From NCBI GenBank assembly GCA_965199495.1, contig CBDASK010000003.1:2528001-2592000 (forward strand): 64,000 nucleotides of DNA, given 5' to 3'. Of this stretch, positions 39,331 to 49,363 are shown piece after piece; position 1 is the stretch's first letter, and the number at the start of each line of letters is the position of its first letter. Under the pieces are notes generated by a model. That model was not told the DNA's origin. It saw only the letters and a list, made by a program, of their open reading frames with translations, and made no database searches. Source of the DNA: Abditibacterium sp. Lineage in GTDB: Bacteria > Armatimonadota > Abditibacteriia > Abditibacteriales > Abditibacteriaceae. The position numbers and the translations under genes were made by a program.

Positions 39331-40203
39331 ATGAAGTTTCCTTGTCTTTGCCTTCTGCTGTCTATCTGCGCTCTCGCCGCGACTTCGGCTCACGCCGCCA
39401 CACTCAAAGTTTCGCCGCAAAACCCGCAGCCCGGCGATATTCTCACCGTCACGGTTTATCCGGCGGCGGGCGAAACTATTGAAGGCGTCGGCATGGCGGC
39501 CTTCGACACCGATTTGGTCAAATTCTATGGCCACGATGGCGGCATGGTGCGCGGTTTCATCGGCTTTCCCTTCGACCGCACGGCGGGCAAATTCCCGTTG
39601 AACGCGCGCGTCATGGTTAACGGCAAAGAACAGATTCTCTCGACTTCGATTAACGCGCGCGCCCGCAATTATCCGACGCAACGTATCACGATGTCGAATA
39701 AAGGCACCGCCAGCAAAATGCACGCGACTGACGCTCTGCACGCCGAAAAACTTTACGTTCAATCCAAAATGAAAGACAGTTACGCCGCGCCTTTGTGGAG
39801 CGGCAATTGGATCATGCCCGTCAACGGCGCGACGAGTTCGGGTTATGGCCGCAAGCGTTACGTCAACGGCAAATGGTGGGGCCAGCATAACGGCTCGGAC
39901 ATCAAAGCGCCGACGGGCAAACCGATTCACGCGATGAATGCGGGCCGCGTGGTGATGAGCGATTATTTGCCCGCGCTACGCGGCAATTGCATCGTGATTG
40001 ACCACGGTTGCAACGTGTTTTCGGTTTATATGCACATGAGTAAGCGCGACGTGGCTGCGGGCGATACGATCAGCAAAGGCGAAGAAATCGGCGAAGTCGG
40101 CGCGACGGGTTTCGTGACCGGGCCGCATTTGCATTTCGAGGTGCGCATTGGTTGGGAGCCGGTTGATCCGATGAAAGTGATTGGCGGCGGGATAAAATTT
40201 TAA
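39331..40203 (+). CDS. M23 family metallopeptidase
   Basis: Signal peptide; HNGSD, IDHG, YMHM, GATG.VTGPHLHFE. Confidence 0.93.
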   Translation: MKFPCLCLLLSICALAATSAHAATLKVSPQNPQPGDILTVTVYPAAGETIEGVGMAAFDTDLVKFYGHDGGMVRGFIGFPFDRTAGKFPLNARVMVNGKEQILSTSINARARNYPTQRITMSNKGTASKMHATDALHAEKLYVQSKMKDSYAAPLWSGNWIMPVNGATSSGYGRKRYVNGKWWGQHNGSDIKAPTGKPIHAMNAGRVVMSDYLPALRGNCIVIDHGCNVFSVYMHMSKRDVAAGDTISKGEEIGEVGATGFVTGPHLHFEVRIGWEPVDPMKVIGGGIKF

Positions 40204-40244
40204 AATCGTTGCATTTGGCTTAATTCGTTCATATTGTTGCGCCT

Positions 40245-40592
40245 ATGGCCGCATATTCACTTCAAACTTTGGGCGATGAACGGGTGGGTTTTCTTTTGCT
40301 GGCAGGAAGCGAATCGTTGAGAGCGGGCAACGCACAACGCGATTGCATTTTTATGAGCGCGCCCGCTACCGCCGAAATCGTTGAACACGAACTCAATGTT
40401 TTTCTCACCGAAAACAAAGCGACCGAGTTTCGATGTTCTCTTTCGCAACGGGATAATATCTGGGAAGCCAAAATTATCATTGATGCTCAAACTGAAGTTC
40501 TTCTGTTTTGTGCTGAAGGAGATAAAGGAAGCTGGCAAATTCGGCATCGCGATGGCCGTGTTTTGACGGGGCACTGCGAAATCATCGGTTGA
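40245..40592 (+). CDS. Hypothetical protein
   Basis: Fills the gap between two genes; TTGCAT-17-TATTGT promoter 7 nt upstream of the ATG. Confidence 0.5.
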   Translation: MAAYSLQTLGDERVGFLLLAGSESLRAGNAQRDCIFMSAPATAEIVEHELNVFLTENKATEFRCSLSQRDNIWEAKIIIDAQTEVLLFCAEGDKGSWQIRHRDGRVLTGHCEIIG

Positions 40593-40627
40593 AAATTGAA
40601 GTGGAATCGCTTTCTCGCAAACTTCTC

Positions 40628-41245
40628 ATGCCCCGACTTCTTCCGCGCACCAATCGCCGCCAACGCCTGATTATCGCGGGCGCGCTGTTGCTGGCGCCGC
40701 TCATTTATCTGGGCGCATTGGGCTATTATCTCGATAGCTGGGGCAAAGTTGACCGCGCCCAAAAAGCCGATGCGATCATGATTTTCGGGACGGGCGTCAA
40801 AGCCGACGGCTCGGCCTCGCTGACGTTGCGGGCGCGCACGCGTCACGCCTACGAATTGTGGAAACGCGGTCTGGCTCCGAAAATTCTCTGCACGGGCGGA
40901 ATGGGCACGCATCCGCCCGCCGAAAGCGTGGCGCAGGAAAAACTATTGGTCGGTTGGGGTGTGCCCGCCGATTCGATAATTAAAGAAGAAAAGTCCACTT
41001 CTACGTGGGAAAACGCCAAATTCGGCGCGCCGCTTTTGCCCGCGAATTCGAGCGTCATCGCGGTTTCCGATCCGTATCATTTGTGGCGCTGCCAACGCGA
41101 TTGCGCGGCGTTCGGTTTGAGCGCGACGACTTCACCAGCCACGGCGGCGTGGCTGCAATGGCCAGTGCGAACGCGATTGTTCTTTTGCGTGCGCGAGGCG
41201 GCGCTGGTGACGCGCGATTTAATTTATGGCGTCTTGGGAATTTGA
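40628..41245 (+). CDS. YdcF/DUF218 (ElyC/SanA-like) protein
   Basis: N-terminal TM, ADAIMIFG, CTGG, EEKSTSTWENA, VSDPYHLWR, VRE. Confidence 0.9.
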   Translation: MPRLLPRTNRRQRLIIAGALLLAPLIYLGALGYYLDSWGKVDRAQKADAIMIFGTGVKADGSASLTLRARTRHAYELWKRGLAPKILCTGGMGTHPPAESVAQEKLLVGWGVPADSIIKEEKSTSTWENAKFGAPLLPANSSVIAVSDPYHLWRCQRDCAAFGLSATTSPATAAWLQWPVRTRLFFCVREAALVTRDLIYGVLGI

Positions 41246-41833
41246 CGGGCGCAGTTTGCTGCGAAGATGCGGTAAATCTCGCACGTTTTGTCTTGGCAAC
41301 AATGAATTGAGGTCAACTTCCATCGCCGTTGTCAAAATGCCGATAATTTGGCGGATTTGCGGCGGCAAATGGCGACGGTCGTAAAGCCGCAATCTTTGTG
41401 GCGTCGAATGGTCGGTCAGAACTACGATCACATCTTCGGGCTTTTCGGGTGGAGCGTTGGACGGCAACTGCTTTATCAATCGCTTGACCGACGCCAATTG
41501 CGCGGGCGATAAATTCGCTTGTTGAAAGTAGCCGCCACTTTTCTCTGGCGTAATGACGTTCAATTTGAAGCTACCTCCCGAATTGATTTCGTAGCTCAAG
41601 ACCCTCTCGACGCTGCCATCAATTGGTTCGTGAATGTCGAGAATAGATTCACCGTTAGAAAACTCATATTCCAATTCGGTAGAGACGTAGGAAACATAAC
41701 GCTTGAGCGCGGGCGCTCGCGAGTAATGCGACAGTTGATAAGACGGATTTTGCCGCACCTTCATCGTCGTGCCAACAAGCAGCGCCGTGATAACCACAAA
41801 CGCGCCCAACATCCAAATGCGATAACGTTTCAT
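41219..41833 (-). CDS. Membrane-anchored hypothetical protein
   Basis: N-terminal TM; GATACT -10-like box 7 nt upstream of the ATG. Confidence 0.65.
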   Translation of the reverse strand: MKRYRIWMLGAFVVITALLVGTTMKVRQNPSYQLSHYSRAPALKRYVSYVSTELEYEFSNGESILDIHEPIDGSVERVLSYEINSGGSFKLNVITPEKSGGYFQQANLSPAQLASVKRLIKQLPSNAPPEKPEDVIVVLTDHSTPQRLRLYDRRHLPPQIRQIIGILTTAMEVDLNSLLPRQNVRDLPHLRSKLRPSNSQDAIN

Positions 41834-41883
41834 TGGGTAAAGTATCGCAGTTGCGCCTCAAATTTGCAGGTTAAACCCTCGAA

Positions 41884-42183
41884 ATGTTGCCTTCTCCCGA
41901 CGAAAACCCCGAAGTTCTCAATAACGCTGTTCAAGAAGCATTGGACGGCGAAACTTTGCGCTCCGACGATTGGAATCGTTACGTCAGCGCGCTCGAAACA
42001 CGCCGCAAACGCTTGCTTCTCGATTTAGAAGATGCCGATGATGTGGACGCTTTGCTGATTCAAGTGCGCATTGACGAAATCAACGAGCAGATTCGATTGC
42101 TCGAAGAAGAATCGAAAATTTCGCGCTTTGTCGAAGACACAGTAAAATTCTCTTACGAAGTGCGCAGATTGAACGACGGTTAA
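41884..42183 (+). CDS. Small acidic coiled-coil hypothetical protein
   Basis: ORF with typical codon usage directly upstream of sucC. Confidence 0.7.
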   Translation: MLPSPDENPEVLNNAVQEALDGETLRSDDWNRYVSALETRRKRLLLDLEDADDVDALLIQVRIDEINEQIRLLEEESKISRFVEDTVKFSYEVRRLNDG

Positions 42184-42215
42184 ACGCTCGTTTCCAACTA
42201 AACTTCCCAACCAAC

Positions 42216-43352
42216 ATGAAAATTCACGAATATCAAGGCAAAGAACTTTTGGCCAAATATGGCGTGCCCGTGCCGCAAGGCCGCGTCGCCTCGACTCCCG
42301 ATGAAGTCGAAACCATCGCGCGCGAAATTGGCAAACCCGTCGTCGTCAAAGCGCAGGTTCACACCGGCGGACGCGGCAAAGCGGGCGGCATCAAAGTCGG
42401 CAAAACGCCCGAAGAAGCGCGCGAAGTCGCCACGCAAATTTTGGGCATGGACTTGAAAGGCTTCACGGTCGAGAAAGTTTTGGTCGAAGAGGCCGCCGAC
42501 ATCAAAGAAGAATATTATCTGGGCATCACGACCGACCGCGCCGCGCGGCGTAATATCGTGATGGTCTCCAAAGAAGGCGGCATCGAAATCGAAATCGTCG
42601 CCGAAGAGAACCCCGACGCCATCGCCAAATTGCATCTCGATCCGGCGATTGGTCTGCAAGATTACCAGATGCGCCAACTGGGTTTCGACGCCAAATTGCC
42701 CAAAGAAGCCCTGCGCGGCATGGGGCCGTTTTTGAAGGCGCTTTACAATTTGTATCTCGATTACGATTGCTCGCTCGCCGAAATCAACCCTCTGGTTCTC
42801 ACGGGCGACGGCAAACTCATCGCCGCCGATGCCAAAGTCGTTCTGGACGATAACGCTTTGTTTCGCCATCCCGATTTGGCGCAGTATCAGGAAGAGCAGG
42901 AAGACGATCCCATCGAAGCCGAGGCGCACAAGCGCGGCCTGACTTACGTGCGTTTGGACGGCGACATCGGCATTATCGGCAACGGCGCCGGTTTGGTGAT
43001 GACGACTTTGGACGTTGTGCAGCGCGAAGGCGGACGCCCGGCGAACTTCCTCGACATCGGCGGCGGCGCCAAAGCCGAAACCGTGACGACGGCGATTGAC
43101 ACGGTTTTGCTCGACAAAAACGTGAAAGGCATTTTCTTCAACATTTTCGGCGGCATCACGCGCGGCGACGAAGTGGCGAAAGGAATGCTCGAAGCGATTG
43201 GTACGATGGACATCAAAGTTCCGATTGTCGTGCGCTTGACGGGCACACGCGCCGAAGAAGGTTTAAAATTGCTCGAAGGTTCGAGTCTGGTCGGCGCGGC
43301 GACGATGCAGGAAGGCGCTCAGAAGATCGTCGCGTTGGTGAACGCGGCTTAG
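42216..43352 (+). CDS. sucC: Succinyl-CoA synthetase beta subunit
   Basis: MKIHEYQGK, KAQVHTGGRGKAGG, EINPL, DDNALFRH, GNGAGLVM, NFLDIGGG. Confidence 0.97.
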   Translation: MKIHEYQGKELLAKYGVPVPQGRVASTPDEVETIAREIGKPVVVKAQVHTGGRGKAGGIKVGKTPEEAREVATQILGMDLKGFTVEKVLVEEAADIKEEYYLGITTDRAARRNIVMVSKEGGIEIEIVAEENPDAIAKLHLDPAIGLQDYQMRQLGFDAKLPKEALRGMGPFLKALYNLYLDYDCSLAEINPLVLTGDGKLIAADAKVVLDDNALFRHPDLAQYQEEQEDDPIEAEAHKRGLTYVRLDGDIGIIGNGAGLVMTTLDVVQREGGRPANFLDIGGGAKAETVTTAIDTVLLDKNVKGIFFNIFGGITRGDEVAKGMLEAIGTMDIKVPIVVRLTGTRAEEGLKLLEGSSLVGAATMQEGAQKIVALVNAA

Positions 43353-43368
43353 TTGTATTTATTGCGTC

Positions 43369-43413
43369 AAAATCGAACGCTCGCTTCCGAACCAGAAGCG
43401 AGCGTTCGATTTT
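43369..43413 (+). terminator. Intrinsic terminator after sucC
   Basis: Perfect 19-bp stem ending in TTTTATTT. Confidence 0.8.
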
Positions 43414-43447
43414 ATTTGGCGCCCATTTTGCGCCTTACGATTTCGTT

Positions 43448-44155
43448 ATGCTCCCTTTTAAACGCATGATGCCCGTGGCTGTGTTGGCGGCGACTTTCGC
43501 TGTGGCCACGCCGTCCGAGTCGGCGCCCGGCGAAAAGTATCCGCAAACCAAAACTCGCGTTTTGACCAACGCCCAGGTCGCCAAACTGACGCCCGCTCAA
43601 CGCCAATATGCCATCAACGAAATTTATGCGCGTCACGGTTTGCTTTTTGGCGACGTGGCTTTGCGCAAACAGTTTCTGCCTTACAAATGGTATAAACCCG
43701 AACCGGGCCTGAGCGGAGACCAAATTCGCCAACGTTTTTCCTCGACCGAAAAGCGCAACGTCGAACGCCTGGCGCTGGCGCGCGAAGTCTCCAAAAACGA
43801 TGATGTGGACTCTGATGTCGAAGCGGCGCCGCCTTATGTCAGTCCCTACAAGCGCGGCTCACAGGGCTTGGTAGGCGAACATTTTCCCGAAACGCGTTTG
43901 AATGTGTTCGATCCAGACAAGATTTACAACATGACCGACGCGCAGTTGCGTTATGCCATCAACGAGATGTATGCGCGGCACGGCTTCAATTTCGGTGACA
44001 TGACCCTTCGCAAACAGTTTCTTCAGTTCGGTTGGTATAAACCCAAAGTTGGCGCTTCGATGGCCGCCATCGAAAAGAGTTTTTCGGGGCGCGAACGCGA
44101 CAACCTTTCCGCCTTGAACGACGAGCGTGGCGCGCGCAACGAGCCAGCCAATTAA
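43448..44155 (+). CDS. Secreted tandem YARHG-domain protein
   Basis: Signal peptide; two copies of YAINE(I/M)YARHG..F...WYKP. Confidence 0.9.
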   Translation: MLPFKRMMPVAVLAATFAVATPSESAPGEKYPQTKTRVLTNAQVAKLTPAQRQYAINEIYARHGLLFGDVALRKQFLPYKWYKPEPGLSGDQIRQRFSSTEKRNVERLALAREVSKNDDVDSDVEAAPPYVSPYKRGSQGLVGEHFPETRLNVFDPDKIYNMTDAQLRYAINEMYARHGFNFGDMTLRKQFLQFGWYKPKVGASMAAIEKSFSGRERDNLSALNDERGARNEPAN

Positions 44156-44192
44156 AATATCTAAGCCGCCCCAATTTCGCGGCTCCCTTCCC

Positions 44193-44954
44193 ATGAAAAA
44201 CATTCCCCTTGCTCTCGAACTCTACTCGCTGCGCGACGATGCGCCCAAAGATATGGCGGGCACTCTCAAGAAAGTCGGCGAAATCGGCTATGACGCCGTT
44301 GAATTCGCCGGATATTTCGGCCACAGCGCCGCCGATCTGAAAAAGATGCTCGATGACGCGGGCCTCAAATGCGCCGGAACGCACACCGGACTCGATACGG
44401 TTTCCGATGACCAAATCAAAGAAACCGCCGAGTTCATGGCGACTCTGGGCAGTCCGTTTTTGATCGTGCCGGGCGTTGGCAAAGAGTATCAGGGCACGCG
44501 CGATGGCGCGATGCGTTTGGCCGAAAAGATGACGCAAGCCTCCAAAACCGCCGCCGAATTTGGCGCGCGCGTCGGCTACCACAATCATATGTGGGAATTC
44601 GAGCCACTGCCCGGCGACACTTTCGCGATGGAGATTCTGGCGACCAACACGCCGCCCGAATTTATTTTGCAAGTGGACTCCGGCAACTTGCAGGAAGCCG
44701 GAGTTAGCCCCGTCGAGTTCATGGAAAAATGGAGCCGCCGCATGGGCACGGTTCACATCAAGCCGTATGTCAAGAGCGAAGACGATTTCAGCCGCTATTT
44801 CATCGGCGAAGACGACAGCGATTGGCCCGCGATTTTAGGCGCGATTAACCCGGCCAACACGCAATACGTTATCGTCGAGCAGGAGCGTTATCCTAACGGT
44901 TTGACGCCGCTGGAATGCGTGAAAAAGTGCTACGATAATTTGCAGAAAATGTAA
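44193..44954 (+). CDS. Sugar-phosphate isomerase/epimerase (xylose isomerase-like TIM barrel)
   Basis: LYSLRD, GYDAVEFAG, GYHNH.WEF, QVD.G, VHIK, IVEQE. Confidence 0.9.
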   Translation: MKNIPLALELYSLRDDAPKDMAGTLKKVGEIGYDAVEFAGYFGHSAADLKKMLDDAGLKCAGTHTGLDTVSDDQIKETAEFMATLGSPFLIVPGVGKEYQGTRDGAMRLAEKMTQASKTAAEFGARVGYHNHMWEFEPLPGDTFAMEILATNTPPEFILQVDSGNLQEAGVSPVEFMEKWSRRMGTVHIKPYVKSEDDFSRYFIGEDDSDWPAILGAINPANTQYVIVEQERYPNGLTPLECVKKCYDNLQKM

Positions 44955-44960
44955 GATTTA

Positions 44961-45079
44961 TTTCTCACAAAGAACACAAAGATCGCACAAAGGTAACAAA
45001 GAGTTTGAAGAAAATAAAAGGTTAGCTCTCTTCATTTCCTTTGTTTCCTTTGTGCGATCTTCGTGTTCTTTGTGAGAAA
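44961..45079. repeat. Long palindromic element, CACAAAG variant of the CACAGAG family, copy 4
   Basis: TTTCTCACAAAGAACACAAAGATCGCACAAAGGTAACAAAG; inverted arm has 2 mismatches. Confidence 0.9.
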
Positions 45080-45091
45080 CTCAATATCAAG

Positions 45092-45508
45092 ATGGCTGAT
45101 AAAAACGAGAAAGTCCGCCTCGATTTGTGGCTCAAGCACGTTTGTCTTTACAAGCACCGCAACGAAGCCACAACCGATTGCAACGGCGGCAAAATCAAAC
45201 TCAACGGCGGGCGCGCCAAAGCCGCCGCCTCGATCAAAGAAGGCGATGTCGTCGAGTTTCGGCGCGGCGATTGGGAGCGCAAATTCGTGATCACGGGTTT
45301 GCCCGCCAAGCAGGTCGCCAAAGAACGCGCCGAAGAGTTCTACCGCGACGAAAGCGGTGAGCGTCCCGAAAAACAGACGCCGTTTGAAAAAGCGATGGGC
45401 GCGCCACTGCGCGACAGAGGCGCGGGGCGTCCGACTAAGCGCGACCGCCGCGACTTGGAACGCGAAGGGTTTCGGCGCGACGCGAGCGGAGATTATGGTG
45501 ACGAATGA
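45092..45508 (+). CDS. hslR: Ribosome-associated heat shock protein Hsp15 (S4 domain)
   Basis: VRLDLWL, R.EA...C.GG, GAGRPTKRDRR. Confidence 0.88.
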   Translation: MADKNEKVRLDLWLKHVCLYKHRNEATTDCNGGKIKLNGGRAKAAASIKEGDVVEFRRGDWERKFVITGLPAKQVAKERAEEFYRDESGERPEKQTPFEKAMGAPLRDRGAGRPTKRDRRDLEREGFRRDASGDYGDE

Positions 45509-45977
45509 AGAATATAAGCGGCAAAACTTGCGGCTGTTGGCGCGCGCAAAAGAAGCTCGAAGAGACGGCAAGTTTTGCTCGATAGTGACTCGGCAGGAGA
45601 AGGGGGCAGCAATCCCCACAGATTTCTTGTTGTCCCTCGAAGACAGTGAATTGCGGTTGGTAGCCGAGCAAAAAGAGCAGTCTTTTCGTGTTGCTTTGAG
45701 TTCGCTCCAAAATGTTCGATGGTCTCGCAACAATGAAAGCACTTGGTGGATAGAGCTTAAGTTCGAGGTCGCAGATGAAAGTTACCGGTTGCATTTCTGG
45801 TCGCCCACGGAATTCAGAATATTTCGCATAACCGGCGGCTCTTTGATGTGGTTTCTTCGCATGATATGCCGCATAAGGGACATACAAAAAGCTAACTTCG
45901 CCGAAGCCGAAAAGTGGCGCGCCGTTTTCCCCGATGCCGAATTTCCCGACACCCAAATCAAAAATGCAAAATCCTGA
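45495..45977 (+). CDS. Hypothetical protein with atypical (lower-GC) codon usage
   Basis: ATG 45495 overlaps the hslR end; ORF overlaps the next gene start. Confidence 0.55.
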   Translation: MVTNEEYKRQNLRLLARAKEARRDGKFCSIVTRQEKGAAIPTDFLLSLEDSELRLVAEQKEQSFRVALSSLQNVRWSRNNESTWWIELKFEVADESYRLHFWSPTEFRIFRITGGSLMWFLRMICRIRDIQKANFAEAEKWRAVFPDAEFPDTQIKNAKS

Positions 45978-46347
45978 ACCGCGTTTTTATCCGTCCTACT
46001 GTTTGCGCATTGACGACTACGGCGTTTGGCGCTCGATGGATAAAAGCAAGCGCGCTGCCATCGGTTGGAAATTCGTCAACGATATTCGCCGCCTTCAAAT
46101 GGAGCGCATTCAAGAAATTCATCCCGATTGGAACGAATCGCAGCACTGTTTGATGTTCTTCAAATTGGCTTATCGCGGCGAAAACTTCGAGTTGTTCGCC
46201 AACGCTAAAATCAAACGCGGCGATTTCACCGAATCCGAAGTCGAGGCGGTGCGCGCGATTCCAATTCCGACCGAGCGCGCCGATGCCTTGCGCTATGCGG
46301 GCATTTCGCATCCGCTATTAGACGAAAGCAAGTTGTATTGGCCTTGA
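45964..46347 (+). CDS. Hypothetical protein
   Basis: ORF with typical codon usage; WRSM...R....I...HPDW pattern. Confidence 0.6.
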   Translation: MQNPEPRFYPSYCLRIDDYGVWRSMDKSKRAAIGWKFVNDIRRLQMERIQEIHPDWNESQHCLMFFKLAYRGENFELFANAKIKRGDFTESEVEAVRAIPIPTERADALRYAGISHPLLDESKLYWP

Positions 46348-46432
46348 GCCGGACGACGTGGCTGCTGTTTCAGGCAAAGCCGGATTCAACGAAACGCAAA
46401 CTCAGTCAGACTAAGCAACCAACCAAAATACC

Positions 46433-47317
46433 ATGAGCATTCTCATCAACAAGCAGACCAAAGTCGTCGTGCAGGGCGTCACCGGGCGCGAAGGCACGTT
46501 TCACACCCAGCAGATGCTGGATTACGGCACCAAAATTGTCGCGGGTGTCACGCCCGGCAAGGGCGGCCAATTTCTCGAACACGGCGACGATACCGTGCCG
46601 GTTTTCAACACCGTTAAAGAAGCCGTCGCCATGACGGGCGCCGACGTTTCGGTGATTTTCGTGCCGCCACCCTTTGGCGCCGACGCGATTATGGAAGCCG
46701 TTGACGCGGGCTGCAAAGGCATCGTCTGCATCACCGAGGGCATCCCGATTCAGGACATGATGCGCACTTATCGCTTCGTCAAAGAGCGCGACGGCTGGAT
46801 GATCGGCCCGAACTGTCCGGGTTTGATTACGCCCGGCGAATGCAAAATCGGCATCGTGCCAGCGTCCATTTTTATGCCCGGCAACATCGGCGTCGTCTCG
46901 CGTTCGGGCACGCTAACCTACGAAATCGTGGACGAATTGACGCGCAACGGCATGGGCCAGAGCACCTGCGTCGGCATCGGCGGCGACCCGATTATCGGTT
47001 CGAGTTTCGTTGACGTGTTGGGCTGGTTCAACGCCGACCCCGACACGCACGCCGTCGTTTTGAGCGGTGAAATCGGCGGCGACGACGAAGAGAAAGCGGC
47101 GGAATATATCAAGAATCACATGACCAAACCGGTCGTGGCGTTCATCGCTGGCAAAACCGCGCCTCCCGGCAAACAGATGGGCCACGCTGGAGCGATTGTT
47201 TCGGGCAGCGCGGGCAGCGCGGCCTCGAAAATCGAAGCATTTGGCAATGCGGGCGTCGAAGTCGCCGATTTGCCGTCGGATGTGATTCCGCTTTTGAAGA
47301 AAGCGTTGGGACGTTAG
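46433..47317 (+). CDS. sucD: Succinyl-CoA synthetase alpha subunit
   Basis: [48 protein letters not shown]. Confidence 0.97.
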   Translation: MSILINKQTKVVVQGVTGREGTFHTQQMLDYGTKIVAGVTPGKGGQFLEHGDDTVPVFNTVKEAVAMTGADVSVIFVPPPFGADAIMEAVDAGCKGIVCITEGIPIQDMMRTYRFVKERDGWMIGPNCPGLITPGECKIGIVPASIFMPGNIGVVSRSGTLTYEIVDELTRNGMGQSTCVGIGGDPIIGSSFVDVLGWFNADPDTHAVVLSGEIGGDDEEKAAEYIKNHMTKPVVAFIAGKTAPPGKQMGHAGAIVSGSAGSAASKIEAFGNAGVEVADLPSDVIPLLKKALGR

Positions 47318-47421
47318 AGACCGCAAGAGTGACAGAAAGGGTCGTGCGAAATGCGCGGCCCTTTTTGTCATACTCGGAGCCAGCGAACCAGATTTTCGTA
47401 ATACCAACGCGAGGGACAACT

Positions 47422-47616
47422 ATGAAAACAATTCCAGAGAATGCGACAGCAAACCAAACCGAGAAGAGTGCGCGCGTGGCGCTTCGGGAAAAGTTGAACA
47501 AGCTCGCCGAAAATCCGCCTGTTGTGCCCTCGCCCGGACTATCGGTGAAATTTGAGGCCGCCCTTGAAATCACCTTGCGCGAGGATAAGGAACTTCTCGA
47601 ACGGCTCGCTCAATAA
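47422..47616 (+). CDS. Probable antitoxin of Doc
   Basis: 64 aa, directly upstream of doc; C-terminal ELLERLAQ is typical of Doc-neutralising tails. Confidence 0.7.
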   Translation: MKTIPENATANQTEKSARVALREKLNKLAENPPVVPSPGLSVKFEAALEITLREDKELLERLAQ

Positions 47617-47625
47617 TCGTTTTTT

Positions 47626-48567
47626 ATGCTGACTTACGCTCAGGTCTTGCAACTTCACCAAGCGGCCATCCGAGAATTTGGCGGATCCAACGGCATTCGA
47701 GATCAAAACCTGATTCTTTCGGCAATCGCTCAACCCCATCAATCTTTTGGTGGGGTTGATCTTTATCCAACGCTCATTGCCAAAGCTGCGGCGTTGGGCT
47801 GGTCATTGGCCAAGAATCATGGTTTTGTTGACGGCAACAAACGCGTCGGCTGGCTTGCCACCAAAGTCGTGCTGTTTCAACTCGGCTATCATCTCAATTG
47901 CAGCGCCGACGAAGGTGAAGCGATAATGCTCGGCATCGTCGCGGGCGAGTTCGATATTGCCGATTTCGCGTTGTGGATCGAAAGCGTCGTCGTGCCCGTG
48001 GCTGCTGATAGCACGGAAGAATTGCTTGAATCCCTGTTGCGTCTTGGACAACTGTTACACAAAATAGCACTCGTTGTAGATGACTATAGAAAAGAATCGA
48101 GTCTCAACAGAAAGAGAATGGATTTCATGATCATTTCTCCCTCTCTGAACACGAAATTCGCTCAGAAAAGGCTTCAAGAGGCTATGAAGTTGAATGTTGA
48201 TTCTTTGACAATATCCTTGTCTGACACCGTAAATTTTATAGAAATAGAAGTCGAAACTATAGGTGCAAACTCATCTGATGCTCTGGCTTGGCTTTACGTA
48301 GATGCAAAAAAATATAAAGAAGAAGTTTTAGACTATTTGGTAAATGTAGGATATGCAATCAACTCGGTAGATCAAGCTGTTGAGGGCATACAAGCGTTCC
48401 AATCCTCAACAAAATCGCTGCAAAAAACTTCTGATTATCCACCTTTAAAAAATTCTTTGGGCTTGCTCTTAAATACTTTGGATGACCTGACATTTCTCTT
48501 CAATCAAAATTGGTTCTCGTTTAAGGAAATGTTTGACATCGCCAAAAAGAAGCTTGACGAATCTTGA
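47626..48567 (+). CDS. doc: Doc (Fic) toxin with a long AT-rich helical C-terminal extension
   Basis: FGGSNGIRD, SAIAQP, LYPTL..KAA, NHGFVDGNKR in the first ~125 aa. Confidence 0.85.
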   Translation: MLTYAQVLQLHQAAIREFGGSNGIRDQNLILSAIAQPHQSFGGVDLYPTLIAKAAALGWSLAKNHGFVDGNKRVGWLATKVVLFQLGYHLNCSADEGEAIMLGIVAGEFDIADFALWIESVVVPVAADSTEELLESLLRLGQLLHKIALVVDDYRKESSLNRKRMDFMIISPSLNTKFAQKRLQEAMKLNVDSLTISLSDTVNFIEIEVETIGANSSDALAWLYVDAKKYKEEVLDYLVNVGYAINSVDQAVEGIQAFQSSTKSLQKTSDYPPLKNSLGLLLNTLDDLTFLFNQNWFSFKEMFDIAKKKLDES

Positions 48568-49124
48568 ACCATAAGCGCGAAGGAGCATCCCAAACTATCA
48601 CGCTCAACGGCATTCCGCGCGACATGGCTTCGGCGCGCGCCCTCGCGCTCAAAAAAGATGACTACGTGCGCAAAGAGTTCGAGAAATGGGCGGTTTTGAC
48701 TTATTCGCGTCACTACGCTATCATCAACACCAAAAAGGGCGCCGATGGCGGCGTGGACGGCACCCAGTATTTCCCGCTTCAATTCGTATCACCCGAAGTC
48801 GGCAAAGTGTTGTATCAGGTCAAATCGGGGCACGTAGGGCGCGGCGATATCGCCAAACTGCGCGGCGATATGCTCGGCAACGGCGCGCAACTGGGCGTTT
48901 TCATCACGCTCGAAGAGCCGACGGCGCCGATGAAGACCGAGGCCCACAAAGCTGGCAATTACCATCTCGAACTGCTGAAAAAGGATTATCCGGTAATTCC
49001 CATCGTGACCGCGCGCGAAATCGTCGAAGCGGGCGCGCGTTTGGAGTTGCCGATTTCGCACGAATTGAACAAACGCACCGCCGCCAGCAGCAAACGCGCC
49101 GGTGTCGCGCTCGATTTCGGGTAG
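48564..49124 (+). pseudogene. Mrr-like endonuclease domain; probable C-terminal remnant of a DNA methylase-endonuclease fusion
   Basis: GADGGVDG..QVKSG, GVFITLE.PT..M..EA; weak TTG start; no methylase motifs upstream. Confidence 0.6.
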
Positions 49125-49182
49125 CGCGCTGCAGCCACGGCGACGGCGTTGTGTTTAAACTCTCGAACCGAAAACCCAAATT

Positions 49183-49356
49183 ATGAACCCCGAAGAGAAT
49201 ATCGAAGCCGAAAATAGCGAAGAAGAACGCGAATTCACCGAAGAGGGCGAACAGCAACCGCTTCCGCCCAAACCCAAAGTCGAGCGCGTGAAAAAAGATT
49301 TGCCCAAGAAAAAATGGCGCAAGCAAGGTTTGCGCAAATCCACGCGCAATCGTTGA
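49183..49356 (+). CDS. 57-aa charge-segregated small protein (not in the ORF track)
   Basis: MNPEENIEAENSEEEREFTEEGEQQPLPPKPKVERVKKDLPKKKWRKQGLRKSTRNR; stop 7 nt before the next ATG. Confidence 0.65.
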   Translation: MNPEENIEAENSEEEREFTEEGEQQPLPPKPKVERVKKDLPKKKWRKQGLRKSTRNR

Positions 49357-49363
49357 GCGAAAT

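Noticed and set aside
45964..46347. Antitoxin partner of a nucleotidyltransferase
   Set aside because: Faint resemblance only (R.M...I...HPDW) and no adjacent toxin gene; left as hypothetical.
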